DNA of 63,740 bases, the filler included, from Craspedostauros australis (Eukaryota): the NCBI GenBank assembly GCA_030167865.1. It is 11 parts of 11 records of this genome, joined end to end, with 100 filler letters (N's around TTAATTAATTAA, not from the genome) between each part and the next. Parts side by side here need not be neighbours in the genome. Positions count along the whole stretch, not along the records: positions 41,329 to 59,934 come from JALAGF010004234.1; positions 60,035 to 62,539 come from JALAGF010004235.1; positions 62,640 to 63,740 come from JALAGF010004366.1; 8 more parts are not named here. The stretch is one strand, 5' to 3'. Shown here in pieces: positions 53,915 through 63,740 of the stretch. Position numbers and translations under genes: made by a program. Below the pieces are notes generated by a model, which was not told the origin of the DNA, did no database searches, and was given only the letters and a program-made list of their open reading frames with translations. Each line of letters starts with the position of its first letter. Position 1 is the first letter of the stretch.

Positions 53915-56900
53915 ATGAAGATGATGATAACTGGAACCACGCACTTCGATGACAGCAAGCTCGATGAGGGGACCGCGGCATCTCATCCCGCTGGCGTTGG
54001 TGTCCCCTCCGATCGCTCTCCGTCAGCCAACAACAACGAGCAAGCAAAGCCGGCAGCCCATCAACAACGTCTTTCGTCCACGACCAATTCATTCAGCTAC
54101 TCGAGGTCACCATCAATAGTGTCCACTGACTCGGGCATCGGAATCGATGACAGCAGCCAGCGTCCGGAGAATCTTCAATCTCGAAAGTTCTCCATCGGTG
54201 GCAGGCTCTCCGTTGGCCGGAATGGTGCGCCAAATGAGATGTTCGAACATCGGCCAGCGTTGGCAACGGAGACCAACCGTATGCGCACAGCCAGAAAGCT
54301 AGCGGAACTCTCCCAAAACTCTCTCGACTTCTCGCGCATCAGTCTCATCGGTCGAGAAAAGGAGAAGCGCGTCCTCGACCGTCTATTCCAGCAGATCCTC
54401 AAGAAGCCAACGTCCGCAGTCCCACCACCATCTTCATCAGACGAAGACAATTGCATGACTTCGAATGACGAGGAAAGCAACGCAAGCGATATGGGCAGCC
54501 CGAAGAATAAACACATCATCGACCAACATGTGACAACACAAGCCCTCACCGTCCGATCCCTCGTGACCATCTCCGGATACTCGGGCACTGGAAAATCGGC
54601 CCTGGCCAATACATTGCGACCAAAGTGCAAGGCCAACGACGTCTTCTTCGTGTCCGGAAAGTTCGATCTCAAGCAGATGGATGAGCCATACTCCGGTTTC
54701 CGCATCGCGATGGCTGATCTGTGCTCGCAGATCTGCGCTCTTCCAAGAAGCCGTGTTGACCCCAAGCAGCGTGGAGAAGAGGACACCCGAACCTTCGATG
54801 TGATCAAGCAGCGCATCACAGACGACCTCAACATTGCTGAACTGCAATCGCTTCACAAGCTCATTCCCAACCTCGTCGATGTCGTCGGTATCGAGGGACT
54901 ATTAAACACAAACACACCAGACAACCACGTCGACGGCGACGATAGCACCACAACGTCTGCAAGTCAGCGTGCACACGCTCACTCTGCAGAAGGCTTCAAG
55001 GAGCAGTCCATTCGACTCAAGTTCGCCTTCCGGCGATTCATCAAGATCATCTGCAGTTGCTGTCCCCTCGTGTGGGTATCCGACGATGTCCAATGGGCAG
55101 ACAAGGAATCGCTCAACATGATCGAGTCGTGGATGCTGGACACCACCATCTCCTCTCTCATGGTCGTCATCTGCTTCCGATCCAACCTCGTCAACATGGA
55201 CGGAATCGACAATGGGAACACCAGCAATGCTGAAGGCAATGTCAGGAATACTATTGGCACCAGCAACAAGCGCACTTCGGACTTGGACTCTGTGGCCACC
55301 TCGAGCACAGCCGATCTGGTTGGCCAGATGCTGTCATCCATCCAGAAGAAGAAACGGGAGCGCTTCATTCGATACGTCAGTCTCGAGGTCAACAATCTAT
55401 CGTTAGACAACGTGCACACCATGCTCAAACAGCTACTGGGGATCTACAGCAACGACGGTGATGACCGCAATAGCAGCAACAGCTACGGACTGGCAGAGAT
55501 CGTGTTCAAGAAGACCGACGGTAACGTCTTCTTCGTCCAGCAGTTCATTCGGATGCTCGTCAAGGACACTCTGCTATCATACGACATCGCATCGATGAAG
55601 TGGGTGTGGGACAACGATCAGATCAAGCAAGACACTCCGGCAACCATCAACGTGGTGGAGCTGATGGAGCTGAAGCTGCAGCAGATCGATACGGCGCAGT
55701 ACCTGTTGCCGCTAGCGGCATGCTTGGGATCCACGTTTTCGTGGTTGCTGTTGCGAACGGCGCTGGAGGGATTTGTGGCGGACGATGGAACGGGCGAGGA
55801 TGGGCATCGTGCATTGTACGAGTCGTTGTTTGGTGGACCACCACCTGCAAGCGAAGATGAATGGTTGGACATTCTGAAGGTGTACGAAGAGGAGGGACTC
55901 ATTGAGGCTCATACCGGTAGCCGTACAGCCATGGCAGCCCCGTCACCTGTTGCCTCCGAATACTCCTTCATCCACGACAAGGTGCAAGAAGCAGCACTTG
56001 GAATGATCCCATCGAAGATGCACCTTCTCGAGCTGCAGCATCGCATCGGGATCATCTTGATGGATCGGTTGTCTCTGGATGACTTCGAGTCATCTGTGTT
56101 CGTGGTGGCGAATCTTCTCAATAGTCGCTTGGACATGGTCCCGCAGTACCCAACGCCAAAACCAACATCAACGGAAGACATCGACATCACACAAACACGA
56201 CGCTTCCGAGTTGCACAGCTCAACTTCGATGCTGGAATCAAGGCCGCATCCCATGCAGCCTTCCGGGCAGCATATGCCTATCTGCAAAACACCATCGACA
56301 TGATGCCACCAGACCACTGGCAATCCCATTATGATATGAGTCTCCAGCTTTTCACAGCAGCCGCAGAGTGCGCTTATGTGAGCAACAGGTTTGAGAAGAT
56401 GAAGAAGTACGGCAATGCGGTGGTAGAGCGTGACGACTGTCCGTTGATCGACAAGATGAGAGCGTATCATGTGCTCATGGATGGAGAACTGGCATTGATC
56501 CAACATGGCAAATCCAGCGACGTCATGAAGCTAGGCGCCGAAGTCTTGGCTCAGCTTGGTTATCGATATCCCAAGAATAGCCACATGAAATTGCTGGCGA
56601 TCATCACAAGACTGATGAAGCTGAAAGTATCCGCAAAGAAGTGGACGATTGAGTACTTGAACTCGATGCAGCCATCTGAAGATCCCATGGATGAGCTTAC
56701 CATGAGAACCATGGACAAGCATGCGATGGCTGCTTTTCTCAGTGATCCAGGGATGCAACCTCTGATCACAATTGATCTCATCAACTATGGTTTGACGAAA
56801 GGCACAACATCCTCCACCCCAGCCTCTATTGCAAATCTCGCGATGATGATCGGCCCCATTTTGGGCGACATGGAATCAGCGAAGCAGTATGCCGACTACG

Positions 56901-57916
56901 CCATGCGTTTGCGCGGAACCATCGGCGACAAACCAGCATCAGCCCGAGCAACCATGGCTGCATATGGCTTTGTGCTCAACACCCTCACTCCCTACGAAAG
57001 TTGTACGCAGGAACTGCTGGATTCGCATCTGGATAGCATGGCTGGAGGCGACACTCAAGTCGCGATGTGGGCCATACTCTTCTACTTGGACCTGTGTTTC
57101 TTTTCCGCAAAGCCGTTGAGGTATCTGGATGCAGACTTCTCGACGTATGCAAAGATGTGCGAAGACTTCAATCAAGGCAAGGCGGCTGAACATCTCTCTG
57201 CTAGGTGGCAAATGATCTTGAATCTGAGAGGACGGTCCGATCAACAGACCCTCCTTGTCGGTGAAGCCTTCGATGAGATCACTGTCATGGAACGCCTGGT
57301 GAAAACGAAGGATGAATCGCAGAAGCTGGACCTCCTGCAAACCAAGCAGTTCACATCCGCATATTTCGGTGATTACTACGATGCTGTCGAGACAGCCTTG
57401 GAGGTGGAGAGAAGCAACGAGAAAATGATGCCGAGTTACATCACGGCCATGCCGTTCGTTTTCTTTACCTCCTTCGCCGCGACGATCAGCGTCCACCAAG
57501 ATGACCATCTCTCATGGTCGAAGCGAAACAAGGTCAAACGGATGGCCAGAAACTACCGGAAGGTACTTCGTGCTTCTGTGGACAAGGGCAACCCAAATGC
57601 GGTGCATTGCCTCGCCATTCTGAACGCAGAAAGAGCTGCGTGGAAGGCGCACCACAAGAGACCTCGGGTCCGTGCATTCCAAGCTGCTGCCAAGCTCTAC
57701 CAGGACGCGATCCGGACCGCTGCTCGAGGAGGGTTCTCCCAGAACCAAGCGCTCGCAAACGAACGGCTGGCGGAGCACATGGTACTGGAGGATGACATAG
57801 AGGGCGCGGGGTATCATTTCGATGAGGCTATTCGACTGTACGAGGAATGGGGCGCCGATAAGAAGGTGTCGTTAGTGCAGGAGCGTCGCAAAATCGTCTG
57901 CGATGCAGGGAGATGA
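53915..57916 (+). CDS. 1333-aa STAND-class P-loop ATPase (AAA_16-like) with a helical TPR-like C-terminus
   Basis: LIGREKE, Walker A GYSGTGKS, SGKFD, Walker B WVSDDVQWAD, KKTDGNVFF, AACLGS, FIHDKVQEAA, ALANERLA and YEEWGA. This matches the central region of bacterial Ser/Thr kinase-ATPase-His kinase multisensors. Confidence 0.92.
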   Translation: MKMMITGTTHFDDSKLDEGTAASHPAGVGVPSDRSPSANNNEQAKPAAHQQRLSSTTNSFSYSRSPSIVSTDSGIGIDDSSQRPENLQSRKFSIGGRLSVGRNGAPNEMFEHRPALATETNRMRTARKLAELSQNSLDFSRISLIGREKEKRVLDRLFQQILKKPTSAVPPPSSSDEDNCMTSNDEESNASDMGSPKNKHIIDQHVTTQALTVRSLVTISGYSGTGKSALANTLRPKCKANDVFFVSGKFDLKQMDEPYSGFRIAMADLCSQICALPRSRVDPKQRGEEDTRTFDVIKQRITDDLNIAELQSLHKLIPNLVDVVGIEGLLNTNTPDNHVDGDDSTTTSASQRAHAHSAEGFKEQSIRLKFAFRRFIKIICSCCPLVWVSDDVQWADKESLNMIESWMLDTTISSLMVVICFRSNLVNMDGIDNGNTSNAEGNVRNTIGTSNKRTSDLDSVATSSTADLVGQMLSSIQKKKRERFIRYVSLEVNNLSLDNVHTMLKQLLGIYSNDGDDRNSSNSYGLAEIVFKKTDGNVFFVQQFIRMLVKDTLLSYDIASMKWVWDNDQIKQDTPATINVVELMELKLQQIDTAQYLLPLAACLGSTFSWLLLRTALEGFVADDGTGEDGHRALYESLFGGPPPASEDEWLDILKVYEEEGLIEAHTGSRTAMAAPSPVASEYSFIHDKVQEAALGMIPSKMHLLELQHRIGIILMDRLSLDDFESSVFVVANLLNSRLDMVPQYPTPKPTSTEDIDITQTRRFRVAQLNFDAGIKAASHAAFRAAYAYLQNTIDMMPPDHWQSHYDMSLQLFTAAAECAYVSNRFEKMKKYGNAVVERDDCPLIDKMRAYHVLMDGELALIQHGKSSDVMKLGAEVLAQLGYRYPKNSHMKLLAIITRLMKLKVSAKKWTIEYLNSMQPSEDPMDELTMRTMDKHAMAAFLSDPGMQPLITIDLINYGLTKGTTSSTPASIANLAMMIGPILGDMESAKQYADYAMRLRGTIGDKPASARATMAAYGFVLNTLTPYESCTQELLDSHLDSMAGGDTQVAMWAILFYLDLCFFSAKPLRYLDADFSTYAKMCEDFNQGKAAEHLSARWQMILNLRGRSDQQTLLVGEAFDEITVMERLVKTKDESQKLDLLQTKQFTSAYFGDYYDAVETALEVERSNEKMMPSYITAMPFVFFTSFAATISVHQDDHLSWSKRNKVKRMARNYRKVLRASVDKGNPNAVHCLAILNAERAAWKAHHKRPRVRAFQAAAKLYQDAIRTAARGGFSQNQALANERLAEHMVLEDDIEGAGYHFDEAIRLYEEWGADKKVSLVQERRKIVCDAGR

Positions 57917-58929
57917 CACATCTCTTGTTGCAGATGACATGTGCAGGCTTGAAGGTCGAAGGTGCATTTGCACTTGATGGTGGTGTCGCGCGTTCCACCG
58001 GTAACAGGCACATTTTGCATCAGGAGTAGTCGTACATGCTTGTACAAGTACCCGGTCCGTTGATAGTCTAATCTCGTACATGTACTTCGTTTGTTCTGAA
58101 CGGGAGTAGATTCGTGTTGTTGCTTAGTGACTCGTTCTCCTCGTTTCGACCACCTCGATTCAGATTCACCACCCGAAATCGCGCATTGATGACAGTTTCT
58201 GAACATTGCCGTATCTCCCGACTGTTTCAAATGTTCCGACTGCGGATGAACTATGGAGAAAGATATGTGACGTCTCTCTCTGTGCTGGCGCGGACGATGT
58301 ATGTCATGTTTCGCTTCTGCGCGAGTACATTTGTTCGACCGTCCAGTGTTGGTTAGTCCCTTTTGCTACTATTGTATTCCTCCGTTCCGAAATGATTGCA
58401 ACTTATCTTTTTTGCGACATGTGTTGAGACACTAACGACGTCATCAAAAGTGGGGGGAGCGGTAACCAAATTGCCTGTTTTTAGTGACTCTTCCTTCCTT
58501 CAAAATTCGTGTGGTCGTCTCTCATCTCTGTCGGTGCCAAGTACCACGACAGAAGAATGCGATACCATCCTGTGTGTCCCTACGACAGGCTTTTATCATC
58601 GATGCGTTCCGTCCCTCCCCTCTGTTCGTGGATGTCTTCCCGCAATTCTGTATCGTGACGTCACATCACGCGTTCGAAAGCGTGCATAATTGTTAATTTT
58701 TCTTGGTTTGGATGATGTAGGCGGCAGAAGTATGCCAAAATGCAGATTCTGACAGTGCGAATTGGTCGAAGTTAGCGTATTTTGCGTATTTTTAGCTGCA
58801 TTTGTTGTGTTCAACTTTTGCAAACTCGCTTGTTGGCAGGCGTACTTCCGTATGATGACAGACGCTGATGGAGGCACACCGGCTGCCACAGGGATCATCA
58901 CATCTTCGATACTCTAAGTCCGCCAATAG

Positions 58930-59934
58930 TACCAAATCATACACACCACACTCACACAACATTGACAGGTGATGGCCTTTTCATGCTTCACACAAGTCTT
59001 TCCTTTCTTCCTCTCTTCCTAAGTGCTCCGGGATGTCACATTCTGTTGCATTCACAGGATCTTCTCTCAACCTCTTTGCCCCATACTCTCTGCTCTTGCT
59101 TCCTTCTTCCTTTCATCATGGCTGCCAACAACGATAGCATGGAGTGCCATGCTCTTGTTGATGCCTGCCTCATCTCTGAGCAGCNCAGTTGGACATGGTT
59201 TCCCCTCATGTGGGACGATAACAAGACCACCACCAACCATGAATTCTACAATTTGCTCAATGGTGATGATGCCTTCTTCCATGCCCAAATGGTGCATTGG
59301 GGTGGCAGTCTTGTCCACATCCATGGCATGTGGAAAGTTTGATTGTGGTTTTGCACTTGTGGAGACAACATCAACAATGACGATTGGGTCACCAACCTCC
59401 AGGCCTGCGAGTTCCGAAATTTTCTGTGCCACTCCATCACTGTCCTGCATGTCTACAACATCACTCCATCAATGCGCACTGCACCATCATCAGTTCCCAT
59501 GTTTGATGCCGTTGACACCACCGCTGACAGTGATGCCAGGTTTCCAAGGCTCCTGCCAATGATGACGCCCCTGTTGATGAGGCTGCCAACAGTGGCTGTG
59601 CCAAACACACCNNNNNNNNNNNNNNNNNNNNNNNNNNNNNNNNNNNNNNNNNNNNNNNNNNNNNNNNNNNNNNNNNNNNNNNNNNNNNNNNNNNNNNNNN
59701 NNNTACATTGCTGGGTCTGGTGTTTCCTACACAGTGACAAACTCCACCCCTGCCCTCTGTCGGCACAATTGCTACACCATTGGTGATGCCCTCAATTTGC
59801 TCTGTTTTGGTGCATCGCAGGCGCAGGATTGACAGCAGATCAAGCTTGCAGATGATACACTCGACCAAGTCTTCTTGTGGTACGCACAGCTCCATGCTGC
59901 TGTGGTATTGGTGGATGTCCTCTTTTGCTCATTG
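58930..59934. pseudogene. CpG-depleted degenerate coding-like or transposon relic
   Basis: CG dinucleotides drop sharply while TG/CA are abundant relative to the neighbouring genes. ORFs are broken and the region contains an assembly gap. Confidence 0.35.
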
Positions 59935-60036
59935 NNNNNNNNNNNNNNNNNNNNNNNNNNNNNNNNNNNNNNNNNNNNTTAATTAATTAANNNNNNNNNN
60001 NNNNNNNNNNNNNNNNNNNNNNNNNNNNNNNNNNCC

Positions 60037-60960
60037 ACTGGCAAGTACCAAGCCAGAAAGCATGCCTACCTATTCAAGATCGGAAAGCTGAGGTTTGGAT
60101 TCCACGGAATCCTTGGCTCCACTTGCCTCCTCACCGCGATGCTCGCCATCGTGTTCCCAAACAACCCATACCTCGTCGCATTCGCCACGCTCTCCAACGA
60201 GACACTCGCCACACACGCCTACTCACTGATGAAGCAGGTTCCCAAAAAGACCGTCATCTGGGGACCAGACAGGATCGTCGTGTGCCACAAGGAAGCATTC
60301 CAGCTGGCCATCGCCCTCTTCCACTACTCCACCATCCGCATCATCGGACTGCTGCTCAAGGACTGCGGTCTATGCGGCGATCTCCCCACCGCCAGCAACA
60401 TCATGGGCGACTCGCCGTCATTGATGTCGTTCCTCAACGCGATCCAGCTCAACACCACCATCCCAGCCATCCTCTTCTCGCTGCAGCTGATGACATGGAA
60501 GCAGTTCATCCCATCCGACCTCCGCAACGGCAACTCGTGGATCTTCAACATCCCCATGCTGGCGGCAGTCACCCTGGACATGTGCTTCCCCGAATGTCTC
60601 ACTATGCAGCACCTGGTGATCGTCCAGTTCATGGGCCTGATCAACTCCTTCCTCTTCACCCTGGCCTTCCGCGGCATCATCAGTCTCTTCCGCCTTTACG
60701 TCGGAAGTGCTGTCGCAGTTGCCGCCCTGCTGCTGTACGGATGCGGCATGCTGATGCAGATGAGCATGGCAGCATCCACGACGATGGACATGCCAATCGG
60801 CAACGAAACGATCGTCAACGAAACGATCGTCAACACCAACACGACGATCACATCGGCAGCCATGATGATCATCAATATGATGCTCAAGAATGCCACCGGA
60901 GAAACTGCCGACGCGCACTTTGTCGGTGCCCACGGACTGATGAGCCAAAGCATGATGTAG
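60037..60960 (+). CDS. 336-aa membrane protein, 5'-truncated (copy 3), with its 3' flank
   Basis: Reverse complement of the genes at 39558 and 41367, starting at TGKYQARKH. Confidence 0.8.
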   Translation, partial: TGKYQARKHAYLFKIGKLRFGFHGILGSTCLLTAMLAIVFPNNPYLVAFATLSNETLATHAYSLMKQVPKKTVIWGPDRIVVCHKEAFQLAIALFHYSTIRIIGLLLKDCGLCGDLPTASNIMGDSPSLMSFLNAIQLNTTIPAILFSLQLMTWKQFIPSDLRNGNSWIFNIPMLAAVTLDMCFPECLTMQHLVIVQFMGLINSFLFTLAFRGIISLFRLYVGSAVAVAALLLYGCGMLMQMSMAASTTMDMPIGNETIVNETIVNTNTTITSAAMMIINMMLKNATGETADAHFVGAHGLMSQSMM

Positions 60961-61207
60961 AATGTTCTACTCTGCTCTATGAGCTGCTCTACGAGCTGCT
61001 GTGAGCTGATTCAAGACTCAGCCATGTACCAATACAAAGGGGGCGAAGGGGAATCGCGACGGGAAACACAAATGTCATGCAGAACACAAGACAACACACA
61101 CGACAGAATGTACACTAAACAACGACAAATCCATGTATAATAATACTCATGTTCACATCCATACTCATACTCTTTCATCATCTATTCGTGCATTGTCTGG
61201 TTTATCC

Positions 61208-61280
61208 ATGATGCATGGTGCATGGTGCCTGATGCATGGTGCCTGATGCATGATGCATGATGCATGATGCATGATGGACG
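61208..61280. repeat. (TGCATGA/TGCATGG)n heptamer tract
   Basis: Directly visible; a short (GTACGA)n run also lies at ~61662-61686. Confidence 0.8.
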
Positions 61281-62639
61281 ATGGATGGTGCGCAGTCCTG
61301 TCCACACACACGTAATGATAGGTACTGCCGCTGTGCACTCCTATTCATTATCCTCCTGCGCCATCATACTCGTACAACACCATACGATACAACGAGAATG
61401 TTTGCTCATGTATCATTGCATGTGCAGGTCATTCAAAGTATTCTAGAAACCAGAGGAACTCACGATCGAGAATCCCTCAGTTTCGTCATCGTCCATTCGA
61501 ATCCATGCCACCGTTGAAACGATTCTTCCCGAACGAAGAGATCCATCATGTGGGAGGGTGTAATGACCTGCAGTGTGTGCATCCGTTCGCCCATCAGCGA
61601 TCGGTTGAGGTGGTGATGTGGTCGGCAAATGGATGAGTCCAGATGGCACTTGTCATGCGAAGGTACGAGTACGAGTACGAGTACGAATACAATCGCAACA
61701 ATCGTCCTCTGGAGGATGATTATAGCGACACCACGACCACGATGCAGGACGACGTCAGACATCCTTGGTCGTCATTCGCAAGATCAGCTTGGTCGGGCAA
61801 CATCTTGCAGCGAGAGACGAGGGAGAGGAAGGAGAGAGGGTGACCGTCAAGACATGCCAATACCAATGCGCTCGACGAGCATGATAGAGCACTACTGATA
61901 CTCTGGTCTCTCCGGAGTTTGCTAGGTTTGTTGTTGTTGCATAAATTACTTTGTATTATCGTATGACGCCATCTCCTTCGATGTCCCGATTGGGTGTCAC
62001 GCCAAAATGCTTGTTATCTCACACTTCAGTCTCTGGTTTCCAAACATGCGAACCAGAGAAACTTCTCTTTCTGACCACCGTTGTTGGTTGTGACCTCCAC
62101 CCTTCGAGGACATAGCAGCTTCCCGTTCTCCTCTTCCTTTCCTCAGGCTTCAAGGGCTGCATGCCGCAGGCTGCATACCAAACAGAGATACAATTCTGTC
62201 GTCGTTCACTGAATATGGATGCGGATACGGACTTTCATAGAACACTCCAAACACGGGGATTCATACGACAGTGAAGGAGTACACACACATACTCGTGTAG
62301 TGCCATACATCGGAGCCACCATACAAGTACCTGCGAGCACAAGTACCTCCACAGAAGTGGGCTTGTACTCGTCCTCTCCGATCTGTGATCGCAAGGATGA
62401 AGTTTGGCGATCTGCCTGTCTTGATACGACCAAGTCAACCCTCCTCGGACGTACAGGTAGATCGGAGACGAGCAATGGCATCGCTCTGGTCTTGATCTAA
62501 GCTTGCGAAGTCCGTCGTCAGATGAAGAAGTCCACTCTGNNNNNNNNNNNNNNNNNNNNNNNNNNNNNNNNNNNNNNNNNNNNTTAATTAATTAANNNNN
62601 NNNNNNNNNNNNNNNNNNNNNNNNNNNNNNNNNNNNNNN

Positions 62640-63739
62640 TCCCATTTGAGGAACACAACAAGCAGTTCGAGTGCATTCAAGAGGGAATCGGCTGTGCGCA
62701 CATGTGGAGAGATGACGTCATTGGGCTCATTGTTCTGGTAGCTCTCGTCATTGGCATCGTTTTGCTCCGCTCCGTCCGCTTTATACTTAGCCTTCAGCAG
62801 GTCTACTAGGCGCGAAATTGCCTGTTTGAGTTTCTCCGTCGCCATCCAGAAGTAGCTTTCGAAGGAAGAGAGGCCTGTCTTGATCTTGCTTTTGCGTGTG
62901 AGTAGGTTAGTCATGGTGGCGAACGCGGGCATTCCCACTGGGTTGTTGGTTGTTGATGTGTACATGCCGAATAGTTGTTCGATTGACGTGCTTCCACGAT
63001 CGAAGACAGGGACATTTTCAAATTTGATGCCTCCGAACTGTACCGTGTGACTCAGGCCTGCCTTGTACGTAGCGGTGGTCATGAGAAACGATGCCACACC
63101 AGACAGATTGCAAGCACGCACGCGATACTGGAGAACCTTTGGCGGGATGAGTTCGCCATGGCTGAACATGTCAAAGGCGCGTCGCAACGTTGTTAGTTGG
63201 CTCCGGGTGATTGCGGCGCGTGCAGGCTTGACACGAATACGCTGTTCCTCTGGCAACGTCGCCATGTGACGAGAGAGGATTGCGGAGCTGTTAGTGAATG
63301 ACGTAGACGCAGCGAGGACAGCTCTAGCTGCGATAGCCAGTGTCTGTTCCCCCCCAACACATAGGGTGTACAGATTTGAACCGAGTGCAGTTGGAGGTAG
63401 ATCCGCGCGAGCGCGGACAAACTCCACGACCTGTTGCATCTGGCGCGTTGGCAATTCCTCATGAGGGAGCAAAACACCCCAGAGTGCAGAAGCCACAGCG
63501 ACCCACACACGCGATATGTTCCACCATGTTTGCGCATCGTACTTGCCACCAACCACGAATCCCTTGGGAGGCATAGAATTAACGATGCTCATGTCAAAGT
63601 GATCCGTGAGCTGGTCCATGACACGAATCACTGCAGGACGCCTCCAATTTCCCCCCTCTTCTGGGTCGTACCCAAACTGGCCTCCTCTCCTGTTCCTGCT
63701 GGCGCGCGTTCGTTCCCCCCTGTCGTTGTCGTCGTAGGT
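62640..63739 (-). CDS. Fragment of a large protein of unknown function, open across the whole contig
   Basis: No stop codon in this frame from 63739 to the linker (I extended the track ORF upstream: TYDDNDRGER...RRPAV). Protein-like composition, no motif recognised. Confidence 0.65.
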
Positions 63740-63740
63740 G

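Noticed and set aside
53915..57916. Bacterial contamination, given the bacterial-type STAND gene
   Set aside because: It shares a contig with a spliceosomal-intron gene and organelle-targeted genes, with no operon structure.

Overview
Eukaryotic, intron-poor DNA, most likely from a pennate diatom. This is inferred from the cyclase-phosphodiesterase fusion, a bipartite plastid presequence, short GT-AG introns, TTAGGG motifs and the gene families present. The window is not one locus. It is 11 contigs joined by artificial 100-nt linkers (N44-TTAATTAATTAA-N44): 1-4887, 4988-7225, 7326-9779, 9880-11648, 11749-16025, 16126-37161, 37262-39419, 39520-41228, 41329-59934, 60035-62539, 62640-63740. Several contigs overlap, so adjacency across linkers means nothing. 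Content: (i) a ~200-bp tandem satellite (~20 units) with telomere-like motifs; (ii) two copies of the 3' end of a Pls/PosA-type NRPS-like gene, one beside a CpG-poor insertion with CpG decay in its flank; (iii) a type II membrane protein with at least 5 Cys-rich PPC-like repeats; (iv) a cyclase-PDE fusion; (v) a multi-pass EGF protein, a CAP-domain protein and an atypical RIO kinase; (vi) a Zn-finger + TruA/PUS1-like + 2OG-Fe(II) dioxygenase fusion, head-to-head with an IPNS-like 2OG dioxygenase; (vii) an unknown membrane protein assembled three times; (viii) a probably mitochondrial PAS protein with WSxxLSFASPExDF repeats, a plastid-targeted acidic protein, and a 5-exon receptor pseudo-cyclase head-to-head with a STAND ATPase. 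Best candidates for undescribed biology are the PUS-dioxygenase fusion, the mitochondrial repeat-PAS protein and the dead cyclase receptor. All domain calls come from motif recognition by eye; no searches were run.
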